From contig JADLGO010000059.1 of the NCBI GenBank assembly GCA_020849275.1, forward strand, positions 29,377-93,376: DNA of 64,000 bases, given 5' to 3'. How positions within the stretch are numbered: the first letter of the stretch is position 1; each line of letters opens with the position of its first letter. This DNA is from Chthonomonadales bacterium (GTDB taxonomy: Bacteria > Armatimonadota > Chthonomonadetes > Chthonomonadales > CAJBBX01). Of this stretch, positions 54,790 to 63,882 are shown piece by piece. The notes under the pieces were generated by a model, which had not been told where the DNA came from, made no database searches, and worked only from the letters and a program-made list of their open reading frames with translations. Both the position numbers and the translations under genes were made by a program.

Positions 54790-55610
54790 GCAGATCCAGC
54801 GGGCACTCTTGCCCGCAGCGCGCGCGGGCGGACGCCGAAGTCGATGGGCGTCCGCAGGATGACCTCGCCGTCCACCGTGATGCGCTCGCGCGGCTCGGTC
54901 TCGAGGCGCCCGGCGTCGATCGTGACGGCATGCACGTATGGCAGCCCGACGTGGTGGCCGCCGGGCAGGCTGAGCGCGTAGCGCAGCAGTTGCCATCGGC
55001 TCCGGCAGGCGAGCATGTAGACGGCCAGTCGGCCGTCGGTGATGCTCGCGTCCGGCGCGAGCGGAAACGGCCCGGCGTGGAAGCGCCCTTTGCCGATGAC
55101 CACCTGGAGGGCCTCGAAGCACTGCTCGCCCTCGGCGGTTCCCAGGCACGCCCGGAACGGGCGCGTGCGTGGCAGGGCGCGCGCTACCGCGATCATATAC
55201 GCGAGACGTCCGAGCGCGCGCTTCCACCCGATGCTGAACTCGTCGGCGATGGGACCCGTGAGGCCGGCGGCCGAGCTCGGAGCGTGAGAGAGGATGCCCC
55301 GGTCGCGCGCGAACTGATTCCCGGGGCCCAGTGTGATGACGCCGAGTACCGCGTCGGTGCCGACCATCTCGCCCGCCGCCGCGCTCCGCGTGCCGTCACG
55401 CCCTCCGACCAAGGCAAGCCGAGCGCCCCGGTCGACGTCTGTCGCAACGATGGCGTGGATCCGGCGCGCGCCACGCACGAGGTGTGTCTCGGAGAGCGCG
55501 ACGCCGTCCGCGGCGAGCTCGCCCGCCGTACGGGCCGCCAGAGCGCGCCCGCGCCGCGAACGGGCGTTCACGTCGAGGCCGACGCCCAGGGCGCTCCCGT
55601 TTGCCGACAC
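54786..55610 (-). CDS. diacylglycerol-kinase-like (YegS/BmrU family) lipid kinase homologue with atypical motifs
   Basis: The start is uncertain. GTG 55610 is proposed; the ORF extends to 55730 but would then overlap the cstA start. VGGRDGT replaces the usual GGDGT, and LGPGNQFARD replaces LGTGNDFAR. Confidence 0.55.
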   Translation of the reverse strand: MSANGSALGVGLDVNARSRRGRALAARTAGELAADGVALSETHLVRGARRIHAIVATDVDRGARLALVGGRDGTRSAAAGEMVGTDAVLGVITLGPGNQFARDRGILSHAPSSAAGLTGPIADEFSIGWKRALGRLAYMIAVARALPRTRPFRACLGTAEGEQCFEALQVVIGKGRFHAGPFPLAPDASITDGRLAVYMLACRSRWQLLRYALSLPGGHHVGLPYVHAVTIDAGRLETEPRERITVDGEVILRTPIDFGVRPRALRARVPAGSA

Positions 55611-55728
55611 CCCCTCGCGTCGCCCGGCCGTCTCTGGTATACTGGTCGCACCGTTTTGTAGTGCCGCTACGCGATCGCCGCGGCCCGACCGTCCTCCAGC
55701 CGCGGCGCGAGAGGCGCGAGGTGCTCCC

Positions 55729-57456
55729 ATGAGCCTTCTGGCGATCGTGCTCTTCTCCGCTGCCTTCCTGCTCGGCGCCTACCGCGTCTACGGGCGCTGG
55801 CTCCAGTCGCGCCTGGCCCTCGACCCGGACGCCGAGACCCCGGCGGTGCGGCTGCGGGACGGGGCCGACTACGTGCCGATCGAGCCGCGGTTTCTGCTCG
55901 GGCAGCACTTCTCGGCCATCGCCGCCGCCGGCCCGATCGTCGGGCCCATCCTGGCCGGCGCCATGTTCGGGTGGGCTCCCGCGCTCGCCTGGATCCTGAT
56001 CGGCGCGGTGTTCATCGGCGGCGTTCACGACATGGCCTCCCTGGTCGCGTCCATCCGCCACGGCGCCCGCTCGATCGCCGACGTCGTCCGCGAGCACATG
56101 ACGCGCCGCGCCTACCTTTTGTTCCTGGCCTTCATCTGGCTCGCCCTCGTCTACATCGTTGTCGCCTTCACCGACATCACCGCCTCCTCGTTCGTGGGCG
56201 CTCAGACGTTGGGGAACGGGCAGCGCGTTTCAGGCGCGGGCATCGCGACCTCGTCGCTGCTCTATCTGGCCCTGCCCATCCTGATGGGGCTCCTGTTGCG
56301 CTACACGCGGCTCTCGCTCAACGTGGCTACCCTGATCTTCGTCCCGCTGGTCGGCGTCACGATCTGGGTCGGGCAGTACATCCCGTTCGACCTGGCGGGG
56401 ATCCTGGGCGTGAGCGAGGAGCAGGCGCACCGCGTGTGGGACGTGCTCCTGCTCGTCTACTGCTTCGCGGCGGCGCTCGCGCCGATGTGGCTGCTCCTTC
56501 AGCCGCGCGGCCACCTGGGGGGCTACTTCCTCTATGCCACGCTCGGAGGCGGAGCGCTTGGCGTCGCTCTCGGCGGCAAGGCGGCCGTGTACCCGGCATT
56601 CGTCGGCTGGACGAGCGCGCGCGGCGACGCGCTGTTACCCATGCTGTTCATCACCATCGCCTGCGGGGCGTGCTCCGGGTTCCACTCGCTCATCGCGTCC
56701 GGCACGACCTCCAAGCAACTCCGCCGTGAGACCGACGCCCGCTCCGTGGGCTACGGCGCCATGCTGCTGGAGGGCTTCGTGGCCGTCGTGGCGCTCTGCT
56801 GTGTCATGGTGCTGCCGCTCAACTCCGCTCTCGCGGCCAACCCGAGGCCCAATTTCATCTATGCGCAGGGGATCGGGAGCTTCCTGGGCGCTCTCGGCAT
56901 ACCGCCGGCCTACGGCGTCGCCTTCGCGCTGATGGCCTTCACCACCTTCGTGTACGACACGCTCGACGTCTGCACGCGGCTCGGCCGCTACATTCTGCAG
57001 GAGCTCCTCGGGCGCACGGACCGCGTGGCGCGTTGGGTGGCGACCGCGGTCACGGCGGGCGCGCCGGTCTTCTTCGTGATGCGCACCGCCGTCGACGCGC
57101 ACGGCAAGCCGGTGCCCGCCTGGATGACCTTCTGGTCGCTGTTCGGTGCGAGCAACCAGCTCCTGGCCGCGCTGGCGCTGCTTGGCGTGACGGTGTGGCT
57201 GTGGCGGACGCAGCGGGCGCGCTGGATCTGGCTGGTGACCGGCGCGCCGACGGTGTGGATGTACGCGATGAGCGTGTGGGCGCTGAGCGGGCTCGTGACG
57301 AAGGCCTTCGCGCGCAACTGGGCGGACCCGGTGCCGTGGGTGGGCGCCGTCCTGCTGGTCCTGGCCGCGCTGATGCTCGTGGAGGCCGTCGGCGCGTTCG
57401 GGCGCCCGAGCCTGAGCCCGCCGCGGCCGGAGCGGGTCCCCGCCGGCACGGCCTGA
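55729..57456 (+). CDS. cstA: carbon starvation protein A (peptide/pyruvate transporter family)
   Basis: 575 aa from ATG 55729. HFSAIAAAGPIVGPILA, GGVHDM and CGACSGFHSLIASGTTSKQ motifs. Confidence 0.9.
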   Translation: MSLLAIVLFSAAFLLGAYRVYGRWLQSRLALDPDAETPAVRLRDGADYVPIEPRFLLGQHFSAIAAAGPIVGPILAGAMFGWAPALAWILIGAVFIGGVHDMASLVASIRHGARSIADVVREHMTRRAYLLFLAFIWLALVYIVVAFTDITASSFVGAQTLGNGQRVSGAGIATSSLLYLALPILMGLLLRYTRLSLNVATLIFVPLVGVTIWVGQYIPFDLAGILGVSEEQAHRVWDVLLLVYCFAAALAPMWLLLQPRGHLGGYFLYATLGGGALGVALGGKAAVYPAFVGWTSARGDALLPMLFITIACGACSGFHSLIASGTTSKQLRRETDARSVGYGAMLLEGFVAVVALCCVMVLPLNSALAANPRPNFIYAQGIGSFLGALGIPPAYGVAFALMAFTTFVYDTLDVCTRLGRYILQELLGRTDRVARWVATAVTAGAPVFFVMRTAVDAHGKPVPAWMTFWSLFGASNQLLAALALLGVTVWLWRTQRARWIWLVTGAPTVWMYAMSVWALSGLVTKAFARNWADPVPWVGAVLLVLAALMLVEAVGAFGRPSLSPPRPERVPAGTA

Positions 57457-57540
57457 GCGGCCGCGTCGACGGCGCGGGTAGAATAGGGTGCGGACGCGCC
57501 GGGCCGCCCGGCGCGCCAACTCGAGCGCCAGGAGGCCAGC

Positions 57541-58062
57541 ATGAGCCAGCGCACCTGCACCATGCGCGGGACCCGGTTCCCGCTCATCGGGCCGGAGCTT
57601 CACCCCGGCGATCCCGCGCCGGACTTCCGCCTCGTCCAGCGCAGCGCCGAGGGGCTCAAGGATGTCACACTCGCCGACTTCGCCGGAAAGACCCTCATCC
57701 TCAGCGTCGTGCCCTCGCTTGACACCCCGGTCTGCGAGATACAGACCGTGCGCTTCAACGACGAGGTGGGCAGCCTGCCCGTCGACGCGGAGGTGCTCAC
57801 CGTCAGCATGGACCTTCCGTTCGCCCAGGCACGCTTCTGCTCGGACAAGGGCACCCACCGCATCCAGACGGCTTCCGACCATCGCGATGGCCGGTTCGGC
57901 GAGGCCTACGGGACGCTCATCGAGCCGCTGCGGCTGGAGTGCCGTGCCGCGTTCGTCGTCGGGCCCGACCGCACGATCCGCTACGCCGAGTACGTCCCGG
58001 AGATCACGGACCAGCCGAACTACGACGCGGTGGTTGCGTCCGCCCGCGAGACGTGCGGCTGA
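57541..58062 (+). CDS. tpx: thiol peroxidase
   Basis: 173 aa. The SVVPSLDTPVCEIQ peroxidatic Cys context and FCS resolving Cys are typical of Tpx. Confidence 0.88.
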   Translation: MSQRTCTMRGTRFPLIGPELHPGDPAPDFRLVQRSAEGLKDVTLADFAGKTLILSVVPSLDTPVCEIQTVRFNDEVGSLPVDAEVLTVSMDLPFAQARFCSDKGTHRIQTASDHRDGRFGEAYGTLIEPLRLECRAAFVVGPDRTIRYAEYVPEITDQPNYDAVVASARETCG

Positions 58063-58091
58063 CGGATCCGAAACGGTCGGGAGCGCGCGGC

Positions 58092-59873
58092 ATGGCCCCG
58101 CCGCCCGGCGGGGCGCCGCCCGCCGGGCGGCGGGGGCGGGGGCGGGAGGTCAGGCTGCGGCGCGCGCTGCCGGTCGCCGCGCTGCTCACCGCCTGCGCGC
58201 TCGTCTTCTGGGTACGCCTGGGCTCCTACGGCATCTTCGACCTGGACGAGGGGCTCTACGTGGAGGCGTCGCGCGAGATGCTCTTGCGCGGCGACTACGT
58301 GACGCCGCGCGTCAATGGCGCTCCGTTCTTCGAGAAGCCCCCGCTCGTCTACTGGGCCGCCGCCGCGTCCATGCGGCTCCTCGGCACGAGCGAGGCGGCG
58401 GCGCGCGTGCCCGCGGCGCTCGCGATGACGCTGCTGTGCCTGCTGACGTGGGCGCTCGGGCGCCGGCTGCTCGGGCCGGGTGTCGGGCTCCTGGGCGGCC
58501 TCTTCCTCGCGCTGTGCCCGCTCAGCTTTGGGGCGGGCCGCCAGCTCACGATGGACGCGCTCCTTTCGCTGTGGGTGGCCGCCGCGATCGCTTGCTTCGC
58601 GATGGCGCGCGATGCTCCCCCGCGCGCGGCTGCTCGCTGGCTCGACGGCTACTGGGCGGCCTGCGCGCTCGGCGTGCTCACCAAGGGCGCGCCGGGGCTC
58701 GCGCTTCCCGTTGCGGTCGCCGTGATCTGCATCGCGCTCCGGGCCCGGCGAGGCGGGGCCCCCTTCTGGCAAGCCGCCCGACGGCTCGCCGCGCCGCGCG
58801 GCATCCTCCTCTTCCTGCTGATCGTCGTGCCCTGGCATGTGGCGGCGCTCGCTGCCAGCGGCGACGCGTTCGTCTCCGAGTACGTGGTACGTCAGCACAT
58901 CGGCCGCTTTCTAGGGGGCGACACCAGCCACCGCGCGCCGTTCTGGTTCTACGTGCCCGGCTTCCTGCTCGGCTTTTTCCCGTGGAGCTTGCTCCTGCCG
59001 GGCGCCCTGCTCGGGCTGCGCGGCGTTGCGCGCAACGGCGCCGACCCAACCCGCGAGACACTGGAACTGCTGACCGTCTGGGTGGCCGTCGTCTTCGTCG
59101 TCTTCTCGGCGAGCGGGTCGAAGCTCGTGAGCTACGTCCTGCCGATGTATGCCCCCGCGGCGCTGCTCGCCGCGTGGTGGGTCCTCCGCCCGAAGCCGGC
59201 CCGGGCGGCGCGGCGCGCGCTGGCGGCGGGGTTGGGCGCCTCGGCGGTGTTGGCGGCGGGCCTCTGGGCGCTCACGGCGGCCTACCGGCCCATCATCGCG
59301 TGGGCCGAGGCGCGACTGGGCGCGCGAATCGTCATCGACGAGGGGACGGAGGCGCTCGTCGCCTGGGCGGCGAGCGCGCTCCTGCTCGTGGCTCTGGGCA
59401 CGGGGGTCGGATGTGCGGCCGCGCTGGCGGGAAGGCCGCGCGCGGCCATCGGCGCCGCGTGCGTGGGCATGGCCGGCTTCCTGGGCTCTGCCGTGGCGCG
59501 CGGCCTGCCGGTGCTGGACGCCCACTACCTGCGCCCGTTGCACCGTGCGGCGGCCGCGGCTGGAGAGGTCGCGATGCGCGCGGAGGCTCCGCTGCTGATC
59601 GACGTAGGCTCGTCGCGCCGGCCGAGCGCGCTGTTCTTCCTGCCGGACGCGCTCATCGCGGCGCCGGGGCGCGTGACGGAGACGGCCGACGCATCGGCGG
59701 CGGCGCGCTGGGCGAAGGGCCCCGGCGCGCGCGTGGCGCTCGTGAGCGCGCCGGTCGCCCGGGGGCTCCGGGCACGGGCGCCCGCGATGCGGCCGGTGGC
59801 ACTCTGCGGAGGGTTCGTCGTGCTGGAGAGCCCCGGGAGCAGCGGGCCAGGAGCCCAGACGCCCGCGCCGTAG
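58092..59873 (+). CDS. ArnT/PMT-like membrane glycosyltransferase (GT39/GT83 type)
   Basis: 593 aa from ATG 58092. FDLDEGLYVEASREM...FFEKPPLVYW signature loop and ~11-13 hydrophobic helices. Confidence 0.75.
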   Translation: MAPPPGGAPPAGRRGRGREVRLRRALPVAALLTACALVFWVRLGSYGIFDLDEGLYVEASREMLLRGDYVTPRVNGAPFFEKPPLVYWAAAASMRLLGTSEAAARVPAALAMTLLCLLTWALGRRLLGPGVGLLGGLFLALCPLSFGAGRQLTMDALLSLWVAAAIACFAMARDAPPRAAARWLDGYWAACALGVLTKGAPGLALPVAVAVICIALRARRGGAPFWQAARRLAAPRGILLFLLIVVPWHVAALAASGDAFVSEYVVRQHIGRFLGGDTSHRAPFWFYVPGFLLGFFPWSLLLPGALLGLRGVARNGADPTRETLELLTVWVAVVFVVFSASGSKLVSYVLPMYAPAALLAAWWVLRPKPARAARRALAAGLGASAVLAAGLWALTAAYRPIIAWAEARLGARIVIDEGTEALVAWAASALLLVALGTGVGCAAALAGRPRAAIGAACVGMAGFLGSAVARGLPVLDAHYLRPLHRAAAAAGEVAMRAEAPLLIDVGSSRRPSALFFLPDALIAAPGRVTETADASAAARWAKGPGARVALVSAPVARGLRARAPAMRPVALCGGFVVLESPGSSGPGAQTPAP

Positions 59874-59901
59874 GGCGGCGCGGGCGTCTGGCGCGGCGGT
59901 G

Positions 59902-60363
59902 TCAGGAGCCGATCGCCGGCTCGGGGAACTGCCGGGTCAGGGCCGCTTCCAGAAGGCCGAGGCCCGCGTCGCCGGCCGCGCGGCTGCGCAGGTTGCCCTC
60001 GCGGTCGAACAGGTAGTAGGCGGGCACGTAGACGTTCTGGAACGCATCGGCCACATCGTGGCGGTTGTCGATGCCGCAGGGATCGGCGATTCCCAGCTCG
60101 GCGGCCATCGCGCGGACGCGCTCGACGTCCGTGTCTGCCTCCTGGCGCGGCATGTGCATCGCCACCATCCCGAGGCCGCGCGGCCCGAGCTTCTCACGCC
60201 AGCGTGACAGCGTGGGCATGTTCTCGTGACAGATGTGGCAGCTTACCGCCCAGAAGTAGACGAGCACCGGCCGGCCCCGCAGGGCCTCGCGGTCGGGCTG
60301 CCCGTTCAACCACTCGGTGGCTCCCGTCCATTCCGGCATGGGGGTTCCGGTTCGCATCGGCAT
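59902..60363 (-). CDS. thioredoxin-fold redoxin (TlpA/ResA-like)
   Basis: 153 aa from ATG 60363, with GAGGAG 9 nt upstream. VLVYFWAVSCHICH CXXC motif. Confidence 0.75.
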   Translation of the reverse strand: MPMRTGTPMPEWTGATEWLNGQPDREALRGRPVLVYFWAVSCHICHENMPTLSRWREKLGPRGLGMVAMHMPRQEADTDVERVRAMAAELGIADPCGIDNRHDVADAFQNVYVPAYYLFDREGNLRSRAAGDAGLGLLEAALTRQFPEPAIGS

Positions 60364-60427
60364 GTGGGTCGTCTCCTCATCGTCCCGCCGGCCCGGCGGA
60401 CGCCAGGCCGGCGAGAGCATCGTGGCG

Positions 60428-60997
60428 CTAGACGGTGAGGAGCGCCTTGCCCGGCTTCCAGTCGGCAGGGCAGAGGCCGCCGGTCTGGAGGGCCTCAAGC
60501 ACGCGAAGCGTCTCGTCGACGCTCCGGCCGATGTTGAGGTTGTTGATGACGGCGTACTGGAGCACGCCCTGCGGGTCGATGATGAACAGGCCGCGCAGAG
60601 CGATGCCCTCCTTCTCGATCAGCACGCCGTAGTCGCGCGCGACCTCCTTGGTGATGTCGGAGGCGAGCGGGTAGGTCTGGCCTGCCAGTCCGTTCTGCTC
60701 GCGCGGGGTGTTGACCCATGCGCGGTGCGAGTAGACGGAGTCGGTGGAGACGCCCAGGACGTCGGCGTTCAGCTCGGTGAACTCCTCATATCGGTCGGAG
60801 AGGGCCGTGATCTCGGTCGGGCAGACGAAGGTGAAGTCGAGCGGGTAGAAGAAGAGGACGAGCCACTTCCCGCGGTAGTCGGAGAGCGAGGCCGTCGAGT
60901 CGAGCGTCTTCATGTCGGCGGTGGTCTTCATGCAGAAGTCGGGAGCGTGCTCGCCGACCCTGGCGGTGCGGCCAGCCATCGGGAACGTATCGGGCAT
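60428..60997 (-). CDS. ahpC: typical 2-Cys peroxiredoxin (AhpC/Prx1 type)
   Basis: 189 aa. [14 protein letters not shown] peroxidatic Cys and GGLCPADW resolving Cys. Confidence 0.9.
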   Translation of the reverse strand: MPDTFPMAGRTARVGEHAPDFCMKTTADMKTLDSTASLSDYRGKWLVLFFYPLDFTFVCPTEITALSDRYEEFTELNADVLGVSTDSVYSHRAWVNTPREQNGLAGQTYPLASDITKEVARDYGVLIEKEGIALRGLFIIDPQGVLQYAVINNLNIGRSVDETLRVLEALQTGGLCPADWKPGKALLTV

Positions 60998-61105
60998 CGT
61001 GGTGTCTTGGTCTCCTTGTCAGGAATGGTTATCGACTATGAACAGCGTACCCGACCGTGCGCCGCCAACGCAAGACCACGCGGGTGGGTGTTTGTGACGG
61101 GTCGC

Positions 61106-61492
61106 TCAATCGCCCGAAGCGGATCGGCATCCCGGGCAGAGGCCATGCCAGGCGACCATCAGCCCGGTGACGCGGTAGCCGGTCCACCGCTCGATCTCCC
61201 CGGCGGGGCCGGGCGCTGGCCGCAGGTCGGGCACGTCGGCGACGGCGCCGCAGCCGGTGCACAGGACGTGATGATGGGGCCGGGTGTCGCCGTCGAAGCG
61301 CCGCGGGCGGCCGTCGGCCGGAGGGAGGGCCGCGATCGCTCCTTCCGCGGCCAGCGCTCCGAGGAGCCGGTAGACGGTGGCCAGGCTGATCCGCGGCATA
61401 TCGCGCCGCACGAGCGCATGGACGGCTTCGGCGGACGGGTGGCTGTGGGCGACGGCGCGAAGGACGGCGTCGCGCTGTCTGGTTCGGCGCAT
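61106..61492 (-). CDS. Fur-family metalloregulator, PerR-like by context
   Basis: 128 aa from ATG 61492 (GGAG 6 nt upstream; ATG 61513 is an alternative). RRTRQRDAVL, SLATVYRLL, HHHVLCTGCG and CPGC motifs. Adjacent to ahpC. Confidence 0.8.
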   Translation of the reverse strand: MRRTRQRDAVLRAVAHSHPSAEAVHALVRRDMPRISLATVYRLLGALAAEGAIAALPPADGRPRRFDGDTRPHHHVLCTGCGAVADVPDLRPAPGPAGEIERWTGYRVTGLMVAWHGLCPGCRSASGD

Positions 61493-61574
61493 CGGTGGCT
61501 CCACGGTGTACATAAACAGGATCGATTCCTGTGACTTCAGAGCCTACCCGCAAGACCCGAGTGGCGTCAAGGCC

Positions 61575-61603
61575 TTGACGCGGCGGGCGCGCTCCTGTAT
61601 AAT
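61575..61603 (+). promoter_or_regulatory. near-consensus sigma-70 promoter TTGACG-17-TATAAT for ssrA
   Basis: TTGACG at 61575-61580 and TATAAT at 61598-61603. The mature 5' end of the tmRNA lies 12 nt downstream. Confidence 0.75.
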
Positions 61604-61614
61604 AAGGCGTTCAC

Positions 61615-61966
61615 GGGGGTGACTGGTGTCGACCTGGACGACGTCACTTCTGGTGGCGAGCCGAGGCGCCGCTGGCCTCGTAAAAAGCGGCAAACCAACA
61701 AACGCGAACACTAACCAGTACGCGCTCGCAGCCTAAGGGCTGCGCGTCCGCCCGTCTCCTGTTGGCCGAGACGGCCTCGGGCGTAACCTAAGCCATCTCA
61801 CCCGCGCGGGCCCGTTCGCCGCCCGCTTCGGGGACACTTCAGGCGGACTGGCGCTCGGGTATCCTGCCTGTGGGAGCCCCGCGCGCGACACAGATTGCAG
61901 GCTACGCTCGTAGAAGCCAGGGGTGTTTCTCCGGGGACCGGGGTTCGAGTCCCCGCACCTCCACCA
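61615..61966 (+). ncRNA. ssrA: transfer-messenger RNA (tmRNA), one-piece
   Basis: The 5' GGGGGUG pairs with the 3' CACCUCC, including the G3-U pair, followed by ACCA. T-arm GGGGTTCGAGTCCCC. Internal tag reading frame 61689-61736 encodes GKPTNANTNQYALAA-stop. Confidence 0.92.
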
Positions 61967-61980
61967 CTTGCCGCCCGCAG

Positions 61981-62010
61981 ACGGCGCCGCGAGCCTTGCT
62001 CCGGCGCCGT
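61981..62010 (+). terminator. hairpin ACGGCGCCG-N12-CGGCGCCGT downstream of ssrA
   Basis: 9-bp perfect stem read directly, starting 15 nt after the CCA end. Confidence 0.5.
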
Positions 62011-62124
62011 TGGCGCGCGTACGCCGTCTGGCGCGCATCATGTGTCGATGGCATGTTTTGTGCAGTGACGTGGCTGGTGTCGCAACGAGCGGCACCATCC
62101 ATTCGCGCTACTGGGAGACAGAGC

Positions 62125-62775
62125 ATGCACACTAGACGGCTAGGAGGGGCGGCCGCGCTCCTCTGCGGCGGCCTGCTCGCGCTGAGCACGGGCATGGCTC
62201 GTGGTGATGTGGTCTACGACAACGGGCTGCCGGACCAGGGCAACGGCAACGAGATGACGCAGTGGATCCAGGCGGAGGACTTCGTTCTGGGCCTGGACAC
62301 GACGCTGACCGACGTGCACTACTGGAGCGTGGAGACCCCGGGCGCCTATCAGGGCTCCATCGTGTGGACGATCTACGCGGACGCGGCTGGCACCCCGGGC
62401 GCGCAACTCTTCCGCGGCACCGTCGCCCCGACCCGGGTCGCCACGGGCAACAGCCTGAGCTTCGGCGACGAGTACGCGAACGAGTTCGACGTGCTGCCGA
62501 ACGTCAACCTGCTGGCCGGCAGCTACTGGCTCGGCCTGCACAACGGGCCCCTCACGTTCGATACACGCTCCGAGTACTACTGGGAGACGACCGCGCCCCT
62601 GGGCAACGGCAACGAGGACATGACGCCCTTCGATGACAGTAGCTGGTTCAACAACGGCCAGGAGCACGCGTTCTACCTGACGGGGACGGCGGTGCCCGAG
62701 CCGTCGGCGCTCGCGTTGCTGCTTGGCAGCGGCGTGGCCGGCGGCCTCTTCGCCTTCCGCCGCGTCCGGCGGTAG
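62125..62775 (+). CDS. PEP-CTERM-anchored secreted protein
   Basis: 216 aa from ATG 62125. Signal peptide LGGAAALLCGGLLALSTGMARG. C-terminal VPEPSALALLLGSGVAGGLFAFRRVRR, which is the PEP motif, a TM helix and a basic tail. Confidence 0.8.
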   Translation: MHTRRLGGAAALLCGGLLALSTGMARGDVVYDNGLPDQGNGNEMTQWIQAEDFVLGLDTTLTDVHYWSVETPGAYQGSIVWTIYADAAGTPGAQLFRGTVAPTRVATGNSLSFGDEYANEFDVLPNVNLLAGSYWLGLHNGPLTFDTRSEYYWETTAPLGNGNEDMTPFDDSSWFNNGQEHAFYLTGTAVPEPSALALLLGSGVAGGLFAFRRVRR

Positions 62776-62856
62776 CCGCTCGCTGACTCTCGCTGGTCTC
62801 GAGTAGCGGTGGGGCCCGCGTCTGCCCAGGCGCGGGCCCCGTCGTGCATGGAGCCG

Positions 62857-63882
62857 TCAGGCGAGCGCGAGGTCGATCAGGCGGCTCAGGAGCTCGCGGA
62901 AGGGAATGCCCGCGGCGCGCGCCGCCTCCGGCAGAAGGCTCGTGGGCGTCATGCCGGGGATGGTGTTGACCTCGAGCACGTACGGCACGTCGTCCGTGAC
63001 GATCATGTCGACGCGCGACATGCCCCGGCACTTGAGGGCCCGGTGACAGCGCACCGCGTGATCGCGCGCGGCGGCGGCGGCTCGTTCGGAGATCCGCGCC
63101 GGGATCATGTGCTGGCTGCCGCCTGGCGCGTACTTCGCCTCGTAGTCGTAGAAGCCACTGGCGGCGACGATCTCGATCAGCGGCAGCACCCTGGGATCCT
63201 CGTTTCCGATCAGAGCGGCCGTGATCTCGACTCCGGGGATATACTGTTCAATGAGCACGGTGTCATCATGGAGGAAGGCGGCGTCCACGGCCGGCGCGAG
63301 GGCGGCCGGATCGCGTACGACGGCGCATCCGATGGTGCTTCCCTCCGCGTTGGGCTTCACCACGGCGGGGTAGCCGACGGCGGCGCGCACCCGGGCGTCA
63401 AGATCCTCGGCGCCTGGCCATCCACGGCGCGCGAGGACGATCGCGCCCGGAACGGGGATCCCCTCGGCGCGGAGCACGCGCTTGGCCATCTCCTTGTCCA
63501 TGGCGAGCGCGCTGGCGAGCACGCCGGAACCGGTGTAGGGGATTCCGGCCAGGTCGAGCAAGCCCTGGACGGTGCCATCCTCGCCGCCGCGGCCGTGGAG
63601 GGCGATGAAGACCACGTCGGGGCGCTCCGCATTGCCCGGCGGGTGGAGCAGGACCCCGGCGTCGCCCCTGACCGCGAGCGCCAGGTCGGGGCGCTCGGCG
63701 CACGGCGCGGCCGGGAGGGCGGCCGGCGCCGAGCCCAAATGGCGCAGCGCCGCCGCGTCGATGGCGACCGGGTCGAACCGGTCGCGGTCCAGGGAGGCCA
63801 GGATCTGTCGGCCGGTGGCGAGGGAGATGTCGCGCTCGGCGGACGTTCCGCCCATGAGCACGGCGACGCGGGTTCTGCTCAC
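62857..63882 (-). CDS. ddl: D-alanine--D-alanine ligase
   Basis: 341 aa from GTG 63882, with GAGGAA 5 nt upstream (the ORF extends to 63960). VAVLMGGTSAERDISL, ALHGRGGEDGTVQGLLDLAGIPYTGSG and EVNTIPGMT motifs. Confidence 0.9.
   Translation of the reverse strand: MSRTRVAVLMGGTSAERDISLATGRQILASLDRDRFDPVAIDAAALRHLGSAPAALPAAPCAERPDLALAVRGDAGVLLHPPGNAERPDVVFIALHGRGGEDGTVQGLLDLAGIPYTGSGVLASALAMDKEMAKRVLRAEGIPVPGAIVLARRGWPGAEDLDARVRAAVGYPAVVKPNAEGSTIGCAVVRDPAALAPAVDAAFLHDDTVLIEQYIPGVEITAALIGNEDPRVLPLIEIVAASGFYDYEAKYAPGGSQHMIPARISERAAAAARDHAVRCHRALKCRGMSRVDMIVTDDVPYVLEVNTIPGMTPTSLLPEAARAAGIPFRELLSRLIDLALA

Noticed and set aside
55728-55731. Head-to-head overlapping ATG codons of cstA (+) and the DAGK-like ORF (-)
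   Set aside because: It is more likely an artefact of the longest-ORF rule. The family-conserved N-terminus of the kinase homologue begins ~40 codons downstream, and an AT-richer promoter-like patch (TATACT near 55637) for cstA lies inside the extension.
57662-60016. 784-aa + strand ORF spanning tpx and the ArnT-like gene in another frame
   Set aside because: It overlaps two well-supported genes on the same strand in a different frame. The product is R/A/G/P-rich and has no hydrophobic helices or motifs.
61967-62124. Possible genomic island integrated at the tmRNA 3' end
   Set aside because: I found no downstream duplicate of the tmRNA 3' terminus (att-like repeat) and no integrase. The next genes are an ordinary PEP-CTERM protein and ddl.
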